64,000 nt of DNA from Glaucostegus cemiculus (taxonomy: Eukaryota). The notes beneath the pieces were generated by a model, which was not told the DNA's origin, did not search any database, and was given only the letters and a program-made list of their open reading frames with translations. A program made the position numbers and the translations under genes. Every line of letters starts with the position of its first letter. The stretch's first letter is position 1. This document shows positions 35,100 to 45,859 of this stretch, piece by piece. The stretch is from contig CDPCPM010000418.1 in the NCBI GenBank assembly GCA_976551045.1, positions 3,472,001 to 3,536,000 of the forward strand, written 5' to 3'.

Positions 35100-38000
35100 T
35101 GAAATACCTTGATCCTCTCTTCTGCATTCTCTGAATGCCGCTAGATTATCGAGTCGAATGCTGCTCGTAATCAAAGAATATAACCGACAGCACAAAAACG
35201 TACACTGTTTTAATAAAGAAATATGTCCACGCCTGCAAAACTGAATGAAAATAATGTCCGAGAACCTTGTAATTTATTCAACGTACACCATTGTATTCAT
35301 CGGGTTATGAATAGGAGCAGCCTGTAATTGCTTAAATATTGAGAGAGCTTTTTTTTACAATGAGATGGGTTACTACCGCAATGCTGAACATTGGAAGAAA
35401 GGTTCAATTTGCTTTCTCGTAAACATTAAGGAGCTTCGATGAGCCCACATTTCCTTTACTGAACGATCCTCAATGCGAGATTTTTTTTAAAAAAATTATC
35501 TCCCTGAATTTTACACGGGCATGTTTTTTTTCAAAGGAAGAGCTTTCCCACGGATTTTTTTGGTTCGATTGTTTGCCCTGTCCTTTCCCCAACCCGCCCT
35601 TCCGCCTCCCGGGTCCCTATTTTTTTTCTAAATCCTTTTGAGCTGCAATGAAATTCCATGTAGGACGTTTTATTTGGTTCGTTTTAAAGAGTGTAGTGAG
35701 CGAAATCCGGTAATCGCGCTGTTACCGGTTTAAATCGGATTTTCTGCGTTGCTGTCAGTGAATTCCTAACATCTCCATTAACACCACAAGCATTTGAGAA
35801 ATTATATCTTTTATTAAAAAGAAATCACACCCCTCCCTCTAAAAAATCTCCCATATGTCGTTCCAGTAGAGAGAGAGAGAGAGGGGGGGGGATTTGGAAA
35901 ACTCACCAGACAAACGACCCTTCCCTCTTTGCCCTGTGTTTAGGCAGAACCCCCAAACAGAGCCAGAAGTGAGCACTGAAATCCTACCATCTGTCTAAGC
36001 CTCCGATAAAATAAAACAAAAGCGGCACTGCATAAAAAATGCACGCATACAGACGATGAGTCCTGCAAATTTATTGAACGTTTATCTCCCTTCTTTCCCC
36101 CCCTTTTCATGATCTGGGGTTGATGGTAGGTTCTGCACCACTTGTTCGAGGGGTATAATGCGTATTTAGGCAACAGAGTTTTTGGAAGAATACAAATTAA
36201 GATTCAGGTTTATTTTTAAAAGATGAGTGGAAATGGTGGGTGACCCGCACGGGACGTGCAGTAAGTGCCAGGCTGGTGAAGTCAGTAGTCTAGGGGCTGG
36301 CACTGCCTGGGTGACGGCAACTTCAATCACAGCTGCCTACATATTTGTAAAATCTGTTAATTCACAACACAAAGCTGGCGAAACAAAGAATATAAGTGAG
36401 GTGCGGCTGGGGGTTTGAGAATTCATTTTGTGTCCCATCTCTGCAAATCTGTGTGCGCTTTTCTAAATAACATTTCTATGTCGTCTACCTAATAGGCAAA
36501 GGCACACGTGAAATCTATGATACGAATGCAACACGGTCGGTGCCAGGTAAGAACCCCACCGTGAAACCCGCAAGCGAGTCTCGAGTATCAATTACTCAAG
36601 ATCACCAAGTCTAATTGTATTATCACCTTAATAACACGTTAATCTTTACAATAATGACAGCACTGATTGGATGAAATAAAAGGAGGCAATAATTTGACAT
36701 CACTGACAATATAAATTCATGTTGCTGAGGTGAAAGTCTCTCTTTCCTGCCACGATTTACGGGGGGACTTAGTTTTGCGCGTTGCTTTTCTTTGCCTGTG
36801 CCCCCGCTCGAGGCCGAGCCCCAAAGATCTCAAGCCGCCGCCGAATGTTAATTCACAATGGAGAGACGGCTGACGATTTTGTTTTGGCTTAATGCCAAAT
36901 ATTTCATTTTCTCCACGGCTCTTCCCCCCCCCCCACCTCACCTCACCCCACCCCCGCCTCCCACCCAGTACCCACCCCCCCCTCCCTTTCCATCTTCAAT
37001 CCGTCTCCCAGCATGGGCCAGACTCCGAAAGGCTTTGTTTAAAGACTTTGATGTGAATGCTGCAGTCCTCTATTCACGGCTGTTTAGGGAGGAAGAGAGA
37101 GGGAGAGTGGGGTGGGGGGCGAGTCTAGCGCTTAAAATGGACTATTGATGTTTGTTAATTTGCAAAGTGGCACCCAGAGAGAATAAAAGGGACAATTCTA
37201 GATTTTCATGATATCGCGCCGATCTTGGGTGCTGGCGGAGACGTCAGTGTTTCCCGGGTGTTCGGGGTTTGCTTTAGTTCCCCTTCTCTTACCCCTCCCG
37301 CCATCCGTTTTGCTCCTGTTGTAAGGGGGGGGGGGGACAGCGTACTGTCAAAGCAGCGTCCGTCGCTACCTGGTCAACAGTGCCCACCGCTCAAACACCG
37401 GCAGACAGGAAAACAAAAAAAAAGCCACGCCAGGAAGGCAGCGAAAGTGAAGCAGTTACGGGTGGGGAAGGTCCAGGGTTTATTGCTCAGGAACTCACAA
37501 AGCCCCCTGTTATAGTGACCAGCCGAGGTGTGGATGACCGTCCACAGCCCCGTGTTACATCAGCAGAGACGGCCAACCAAATCCGCTCCCTGTCTGGGCC
37601 ACAATGAGTGCACCTCGCAGGTCAGCTTCTGCGCCCGAAATTATAACATCCCTTCTTCCACAAACCCCCACCCCACCGCTCCCAGCTTTCCAAACTTATT
37701 TAAAATTTATAATAGAACCGTTACCAAGACACATAATTGCGCCGATTTTAATCTCATTTAGTTTAATTTCAAACAGGGGAATAGGGGGAATGAGAAACAA
37801 ATCGTCGGAGGAAAATACTCTCAGCCTGTGCGGCCCCTCGTGAAGAATATGCACTGGGGGAAAGGAAACGTTTGTAACTTAATGAAACTTCACTGAAAGC
37901 GGCGTTTAATTAGCGAAACGTGTAAAACAGAAAAGATATGGACAGGAGCCAGAATACTTCTGCACTGAGGCAGCAGAGAGGTTATTTCCCCCGTGTTACG

Positions 38001-38700
38001 CCTTCACCCAAACACAAAAGCCGAGCTTCATGGGGAAAACTCGGCCGATTCGATAATCCTAACCTTGGTTATTAAATTAGCGAAAATATCGATTTATAAA
38101 AAGCGAAGAGAGAGTGAAAACTAGACAGACAAATACAGACGCGCATTGCAAATGAGCTTCTACAGCCGGCTGTTGCAGCAAGAGCTGCTGGCCGTATCTG
38201 CAAATGAAACAATTTTACACCAAGTTTCCATGGCGATTTCATTAGCTAAACACATCTTCAATGGCTTGGTATCAAAACATGAATAATTTTCATCCGTGCT
38301 TTTAAAGCATGAAGGGAGCGGGCGACCTTCTCAATTTAGAAATTAGCTTACTTAGTGCAAGGACACCAAATAATTTAATATGTACAAAAATGTCTGAGCG
38401 GTATTATATTTTTCCGCATTGTTTCAGCAGAAAGGTCTGAGAGGCTTGTTAGTCAATGCGGGTTTGCGGAGGCGGGTTCAAAGAATATTTCGACTTTTTG
38501 GGAACACACTAGGAGTCAAAGCAAATGATAGCAATTTTTTTTAATGCTAAATGGAGAACAGTGCCATCGTTTAAAAAAAACACAAAGCTTTAAGTGTAGA
38601 ATATGTAATGGCCTCCTCGGCAACATTTAGCCATTGCGTTGGAAGAGAGGCAAGGAGACAGAGAGAGTGACAGACGAGGAAGGGAACGAGGGTGGGGGGC
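35100..38700. promoter_or_regulatory. CpG island / promoter region free of recognisable transposons
   Basis: Clear rise in CpG relative to CpG-depleted flanks; GC-box-like cccgcc motifs, E-box CACGTG (36505), RFX-like gtttccatggcgat (38224), C-rich and GA-rich tracts. Confidence 0.85.
35907..36200 (-). other. Candidate non-coding first (5' UTR) exon; 5' end uncertain
   Basis: Strong donor CTG|GTGAGT at 35907 inside the CpG island, followed by C9(CT)n; upstream ATG ORFs terminate before the donor. Confidence 0.5.
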
Positions 38701-39039
38701 AGTGAGAGAGAGCAAGAAGCGAAAAAAGAGCTGAGCAATATTTGGATAAAGGCTGAGAAAAAGAGTGAAAACCAGTATTGTTCTTGTTTTTTATATAGTT
38801 CTTGTTTTCCAATCCATTTTTGAAAGGGTAAAATTACTTTAACTGTATTACATTTACGCAATACTTCGAATAACAGCACTCAGCAGTGTGAGAAGCTCAG
38901 AATGAAACCAGTAAGCACTATTAAGGCAGTGGTTCTCTTTTACAACTGTCAATGTTTATGTACCTCCTACTAAAGGGCTGGATCTAATCCAACAACAAAA
39001 TATGCACGATGGGCTGAATGACGCCTGTGGACGGGTTTG

Positions 39040-39370
39040 CAGAAAATCCATGAAACCAATTGTGATATTTGTGCATTTAAGATGGTTAAAGTTGACAGGG
39101 AGAATGTTTCCTTGGGCTGTAGGGGTGGAAGTGGGCAGCGGAGGATTCAGAACAAGAACATTGCTAGAACTGGAAGTTCATTTATGATGTCAGGAAGAAC
39201 TTATACACACAAAATAATTCTGCAACTCCCTTCCCCTTGTAGGGATGGGTGTCAAGTGAAAATTTCAAAATGGAGGTGATCGATTTTGTTAAGCCAGAAT
39301 ATTAAAATGTACAGAAGCTTGGCAGGAAGGCACTAACTATGACCTACATCTGCTCCCATTTCTTATGTTT
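39040..39370 (+). mobile_element. Decayed CR1 3' end
   Basis: ttgacagggagaatgtttcc..ctacatctgctcccatttcttatgtt. Confidence 0.65.
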
Positions 39371-40734
39371 TTAGTTATTAATGGAGTCATATTTCATGGA
39401 GCACTGCTCCTATAAAATATGAAACTCAGGATTTGTGAGTGGATATTAGGTGGAAGAAAAAAGGTAACAATCTACTACTTTATTTCTGCTCAGTGAATTA
39501 ATTTAATAAATAGAAGGGCATGTCAGGGCACCTCAAACCAATGGAATGCACATCTTGTGCCAAGTGGGAACTCCAGGAGACTTTCCAATGTGGTAGATAA
39601 ACCAGAAGAGCAGGAAGCATTGTCAGCTGGAGGAGCTCCAGTTCCAGGTTTTGGAACATGAGCAACAGCTGATGTCACTGTGGTCTATTCACAGGGCTCA
39701 ATGTTTTATAGACAGCAAGTTCTAGGAAGTGGCCATTTTGTAGCTCAACACATGAGAGAAATGAGACCCTGCCAGACAGACTAAAAAGAGCTGTGTATCT
39801 TGTGTTCCAATCAGTATTCAATCATGAATACTCCCCAGGGGAGTACTGCCACTGCCAAGACCTTAGCACCATGGATGGTTCAGTTGTACAGGGAGAAGGC
39901 AGAAAGGTCAAGGGAGCAATAATTAGAGGGGATTCAGTGATTAGGGGAGCAGGCAGGCATTTCTGTGGTCCTGTAGGTATGTTGTCTCCCAGTGCCAGAG
40001 TCAAGGATATCACTGAGGAACTGCAGAATGTTCTCAGGGGAAAGGTGAACAGCCAGAGGCTGTGGTCTATACTAGTTTCAACGGCATTATGAGAAAGTGA
40101 CATGAGGTTCCACAGGATTTTAAGGAGCTAGTAAAGAGAGTAAGAAGCAGAATTACTCAAGGTGGATTCAAGGTGCCACATGCCAATATAGAAATCAGAG
40201 GATGCTGCAGATAAATGTGTGGCTGGAGAGATGGTGTTGGAGAGGGATTTAGATCCTCAGGCCATTGGGATCAATTCTAGGAGAGGTTCAGCTGTGCAGT
40301 TCACAACAGGGTTGGGAGAAGTACCCTCGTGGGCAGGTTCGCTGGAGCTGTTGGAGCAGCCAGGCAGTGTGATGGGAAGCTGAGCATACATTCAGAAGGC
40401 TGGAAAGCACAACTGAAAATGGAAGGCAGAAAATTAGTGAGAGAAATTTGGAAGGCAGAGGAAAGATTAGAAAACAGAGGAAAAAAAGGTAAGCCTGGCT
40501 GTGCTTAATGAAATATACCTAAATATTAGCAGTTTAATGAACAAGACACATGAACTGAAAGCTCTGATAGATATTTGGAAGCAGGGGATTTTTTGCTATA
40601 ACTGGAACATGGGACCTAAAGAGAGGCAAGACAGGCAACTTAACTTTCCTGGCTACAGGGCTTTCAGATGACAGAGAGGAGGATAAAAAAGGTGTGCAGG
40701 TAGCAATACAGGTTAAATTACACCTTTGTGAAAG

Positions 40735-41035
40735 AGATTGGATGGCAAAGCTGTGCCTCAGAGGTGGAGTGAATCCATTTTGATCCTGACTTTGGCTCCT
40801 GTTTGTGTGGAGTCTGGACATTCTTCCATAGGTGCACTGGTTTCCTCCCACATCCCAAAGAAGTGTTGGCTGTTAGGCTAAATGGTTACTGTGAAGTACA
40901 CATAGTGTAGGTGGTGGTAGGGGAACTGGGGTTGATGAGCATGTAAGACAGAATGGGGAAAGAAACTGATGGGAATGCTTTGCAAGTCAGTTCAATGGAT
41001 TGAATGGCCTCATTCTCTGTCATTAGAAAATATGA
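40735..41035 (+). mobile_element. V-SINE (HE1-type), old, CR1-like tail
   Basis: gtgtggagtctggacattctt..ggtttcctcccacatcccaaag V-domain; atggattgaatggcct tail. Confidence 0.85.
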
Positions 41036-41511
41036 ATGATTTATTAGAAGAATCATCAAATGAGGCTGTATAGGTTGAGCTGAAGAACTGAAACGAAAGC
41101 AGAAATCACACATTTGGGAATGTACTGAAAACCTCTAAACAATCTGAGAGAGACAGAAGAACAAACCTTTAGGCAGATTTCTGACAAGTGTAAGAGCACT
41201 AAGCAATAATAATGGGGGGGAGGGCTTTCAAATACTCGAACATTTACTGGGATACTGTGAATGCAAAAGGCACAGAGGCACAGAATTTCAAAATTGAATT
41301 CAGGAGAATTTTTGTTATTTGCCAAGGCTGACAAGAGTGAGGAGGGGGAAGGAATGAATTCTGCATTTGGATTTAGGGACTGAAGCTTGGCTGTGTATCA
41401 GTAGTGAAAACATAAGTCCCTGCAAAGAGAACAGGATCTAGAGCTCACTGGATGTCAAGGTGCATAGAGGGTAAGTTAAGGCAAAAAAAAAGGGAAAATT
41501 TTGGAAACCAG

Positions 41512-41870
41512 GTGCTACAGAGGTGTTACAGATACTGCAGCTGTCAAACACCTCCAGTGACCTGGGTTCAATCTTGAGCTCTGGGACTGCCTGTGTGGAA
41601 TTTGCATGTTCTCCATCTGAGCACATAGGTTTCTTCTGGCTGCTCTGGTTTCCTGCTACATCCCAAAGACAACATGGTTGTTAGGTTAATTGGTTACTAC
41701 AACAAAAATACCAGTGGTACAAGTAGCTGGTGGGAGAATCAGTGGAGTATTAATGAGTATGTGTGAGACAATAGGTACAGGAAATATGTTGATTGATGGG
41801 ATTGCTTCAAGAGCCAGCATATACTCAATGGGCTGAATGGCCTTCTATATTGTATGGAAACATGAAACAA
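41512..41870 (+). mobile_element. V-SINE (HE1-type), full length, CR1-like tail
   Basis: B box cctgggttcaatct; gtgtggaatttgcatgttctcc..catcccaaagac; atgggctgaatggcct. Confidence 0.88.
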
Positions 41871-42125
41871 TACAAAATATAATGCAAAACACTGAAAGCT
41901 TAATACAACAGAATGTCAAGAAGAATGTAGAATATATGGGAGTGAAATTACAAGAGAAATTAGGAAAACAAGTCTATGAAAAAATACTGGCAAGTAATAT
42001 CAAAGAAAACTGAAATATGTTATCTCAATACACAAAGAGAAAAAGGATTACTAAGAAGAGTAATGTGTTAAGGACTAAATAGGACCTAATGTAGAGGTGG
42101 AGGATGTGGGCAGGATTCTTAATGG

Positions 42126-42342
42126 ATAAGATAAGATCTCTTTATTAGTCACATGTAGATTGAAACACACAGTGAAATGTGTCTTTGTGTAGAATGTTCT
42201 GGGGCAGCCCACAAGTGTCGCCATGCTTCTGGCGCCAACATAGCATGCCCACAACTTCCTAACCCGTACGTGTTTGGACTGTGGGAGGAAACTGGATCAC
42301 CTGGAGGAAACTCACGCAGTCACGGGGAGAATGTATAAACTC
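42126..42342 (-). mobile_element. Young 5'-truncated V-SINE with non-CR1 tail (..atgtgactaataaaga(tctta)n)
   Basis: V-domain gtgggaggaaactggatcacctggaggaaactcacgcagtcacggggagaa; tail matches 34570-34636. Confidence 0.88.
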
Positions 42343-43048
42343 GTATTTTGTGGCTGTCTTCACAAAAGATGGGGATGATACCAATGTTGCAATTAAGGAG
42401 GTTAAGTGTGAAATATTGGATATGATAAACATAGTATAAGGGGGTGTATTAAGGGCTCCAGCACTTTGAGAAGTGGATAAATTGCCAGAACCGGATGCAA
42501 TATATCCCAGGGCATTTAAACTAAAAGGAGAAAATTACAGAGGCTCATACTGAATGTTTCCAACAGGAGAACGCTGAAAGATTGAGGAATGTTAATGTTA
42601 TATCATGGTTTAAAAAGGGAAGAAGTGATAAAGTGAATAATGACAGGCCAGTTAGTTTAATTTCAATATTAGGAAAGATGATGGAATCAATTCAAAGTGA
42701 CAAATTTAACCTTTACTTCGAAGGACACAGCTTAATCAGGCACAGTCAGAGTGATTGTTTAAGGGAGGTCCTATCTGACTAATTTAATTAAATATTTTGA
42801 GTAGGTTACAAAGAGAGTCAATGAAGACAGTTATTTAGTGTAGTCCACGTGGATTTTCGCAAGGATTTTGACAATGTTTCCATGGCAGGCTGATCAAAAA
42901 GGTAAAAAAAACTACGGAATCCAATGGAGACTAGCAAAGGGTAATGATTCACAGTTGTTTTTGTAAATGGAAGACTTTTATAGGTGGGGTTGAACAGGAC
43001 TTAATGCACAGTCCTTTGGTTTTTACAATGTACATTAGTGATTTAGAT

Positions 43049-43519
43049 CAGAGGTTTTCAACCTGTGGTCCAAGGACCCCTGGGGGTCCGCGGCGGGTTG
43101 CCGGGGGTCCACGAGCAAGCCAAGAAAAAAAATGGAAAAGCGACCGGTTACAAAGACGTAGCTTACTTGCTTGCTCCAGTTTTCCACTATTCAGGAAATC
43201 GGCCATATCTATTCTGTTATCCGCGACAATCTTAGAGACTTAGATGGTGTTCCTTTCTGGTAAGCTGCTGCTTAATATTCAATTTGTGTAGTCAGAGTAG
43301 TCAGTAGTGTTCACTACTCACTACTATTCTGTTGTGCACTGTAGTGTTAGCAAGACTGAGTGACGTTGTTAGTGTGCCTTAATAATATTGCTTACTTGCT
43401 GTGCATTTACGCCACAGTGATGTCACTGCTAAATGATATTGTGGGCTTTGGGGGTTCGCCATCTAACAAGGACATGTTCTGGGGAGGGGCCACAGCATGA
43501 GAAAGGTTGAAAACCACTG
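43049..43519. mobile_element. hAT-Charlie-type MITE (471 bp)
   Basis: TIRs CAGAGGTTTTCAACCT / AGGTTGAAAACCACTG (15/16); 8-bp TSD atttagat / atttagac fitting the Charlie NTYTAGAN preference; interrupts CR1 RT at YISDLD. Confidence 0.93.
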
Positions 43520-43761
43520 ATTTAGACAATGCAGGGGCATGATAAAGAGAAATGCAGATGATGCAAAATCTGATAACATGGTTGACAGTGAGCAGGAAAG
43601 TTTTAGAATACAGATGTAAGTAGTCTGGTCAGTTGAACAGCAAACTTGATCTATATAAGTGTGAAGTAATACATTTAGGGAGTTGCTACATGGCAAGGGA
43701 ACATAAAATAAATGGGAACTTACTGCGTGATGTGATCTGAGAGTGAATGTCCATTGAACCA

Positions 43762-44112
43762 TTATAGATACCAAGATGCCTTCCCTCCTACACAGTTCCA
43801 TTTTTCTTACATCCATGTGCCTATCTAAGAGTCTATTAAATGTCCCTATTGTATCAGACTCTACCACCACCCCTGGCAGTGTGTTCCATGCACCCACCAC
43901 TCTGTGTAAAGAAACTTATCTCCCCTAAACTTTCCTCCACTCACCTTAAACGGATGTCCTCTGGTATTGGCTATTGGTGCCCTGAGAAAAAGGTGCTGGC
44001 TGTCCACTCATAATCTCTATGCCTCTCACAATCTTATACACCTCTATCAAGTCACCCCTCATTCTCTGTTGCTCCAAAGAGAAAAGCCCTAGTTTGCTCA
44101 ACCTGTCCTCAA
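43762..44112 (-). mobile_element. CR1 3' end nested antisense in the host CR1
   Basis: VVGAWNTLPGVVVESDTIGTFNRLLDRHMD. Confidence 0.9.
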
Positions 44113-44477
44113 ATGGCATCCGTCAGTATGATGAGTTTTCCATACATTTATCATACTATAAGCTGAGATACAGATCTGGCTTAACCTAATCAAAGTGGGC
44201 TAATAGACTTGAGATGTTGAATAGCCCTCGTAGACAAATTTGAATGTCTCTTGGATAAAATACAACAAAATGATCATTAAACCAAAAGTCTGCTTCACAT
44301 TCATGTGGAAGCAGCTATCTGAAAAATTCAGTACATAGAATTAGTAATACATTGGAACAACAATCAGGACTACATGAAGATAAGGCTTGACTAATTGTTC
44401 TGGATTGATTCCAGCAGTGGCACTATATTAACATGTAGAGGGAACTCACTTTATAGCTTATGTGGGTTTGCCTTCAT

Positions 44478-45010
44478 CAGCCAATGTTCGTATGTTCATG
44501 TCCCATCTTCAGATCGGAGCACTAACATCCAAGTTCAGCGCAGTACTGAGGGAATGCTGCAAAGGCACCTTTTTTCCCAGGGACCATGTCTAATCTCAGA
44601 GCAATATTACGAAGTTGAGCAGGGAGTTATTCCCAGTGTTCTGACCAATATTTAACACTCAACCAACATTACTAAAACAGATGATCTGGTCATTATGGTA
44701 TTGCCATCCGTGGGAGCTTATGACATACAATTTGCACAACATGATAATGGCTAGATTATCTGTTTCAGGGGGTCCTGGTGCAGGGATAAATATTGTCACA
44801 GAAATAGGAGAAAGCTCATCCAACTTTCTTCAAGTCAGTGTGATTTCATATCCCCGGAAGTGGGATTCAAATGAATGTTCTTTCAAAAGAGGATACTTCT
44901 GATAGTGCTGTGCATCTTCACTAGGGTGTTAACCTACATTATACAACTGAGCTTCTGGTGTAACCCATGATGTTCCAACTCAGACGTGTGAGCGCTACTG
45001 ACCGAGGCAC
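44478..45010. mobile_element. Two DeuSINEs tail-to-tail (+ 44478-44745, - 44750-45010); another 3' part at 45570-45760 (+)
   Basis: cagtactgagggaatgctgc..gagcagggagttattcccagtgttctgaccaatattt; reverse head ctcagacgtgtgagcgctactgaccgaggcacag. Confidence 0.8.
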
Positions 45011-45859
45011 AGGGGCAGCCAATTACCTTTCTCCATGTGGTTCATAACAGGCAATTAATGTTTTCACAACTTCATTGCAACTGAACGATAGTGATGAATT
45101 AACAAGCCTTCTGAATCCGTGAAAGATTTCTTAATGCTTAATAATACTATTCATCAGAAATAATATATCTTTTTTTACCAAAAATTTTGGGGGGGGTGGT
45201 ACATGGGAGGGGGTGAAGAATGAAAGGGGAAAATCAATGGTTATGTCTTTACAAAATGCCTATTGTAAGCTGTGACCCTGATTAAAAGCAGTTCAAATAA
45301 GCCAGACGGCACAAGGGCAGAGTGTCCTAAAGGCTTTTTACTTAGACATTTACATTAAAGATTAACAACACCTAAAGGCCCCAAAATCCTTCTATGCAGT
45401 GACTGTGCACTTCCCCTTCCCCTCAGGATGTTCAACACCAATCAGAGGAAACTAAAAGGACAACCAAGATTTTGTTTACAGAGAGCAGGTTTTTACTTAC
45501 ATTATGATTTTTTTAAATATATTCACTTTTAAAAAATATATACTTTGATATTTCAACAGATGGTCAATGGTTTTCCCTTATCCAATATCACAGCGACAAA
45601 TCATCTGGTTACGAACACATGGCTGTTTTTGTGAGCTTGCTATGCACAAATTGGTTATTGTGCTTTCTACACGACAAGGATGACTATATTTCTAAAGTGT
45701 TTCATTAGCTGGGATGTCCTGGGTTCATGAAAAGTTCTATAGAAATGCAATTTGCTTCCTTCTGCGGTCTAAGTTGTTCGCAACAACTCGGTCTGATCTG
45801 ATCACTGTTGCAATGTCTGTCTACACCCATTGAACTAGGTTCCAGTAATAAAAAGTTAC

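Larger units (their letters stand above)
39500..44230 (+). mobile_element. Near full-length decayed CR1 (ORF1 zinc-finger/esterase and ORF2 EN/RT) hosting five younger insertions
   Basis: ORF1-like MECTSCAKWEL and GAIIRGDSVIRGAGRHFCG (GDS esterase motif); ORF2 FKKGRSDKVNNDRPVSLISILGKMMESI, FTMYISDLD, NADDAK. Confidence 0.9.

Noticed and set aside
36717-37843. Cluster of short ORFs in the CpG island
   Set aside because: Expected from higher GC content; low-complexity translations with no recognisable domain
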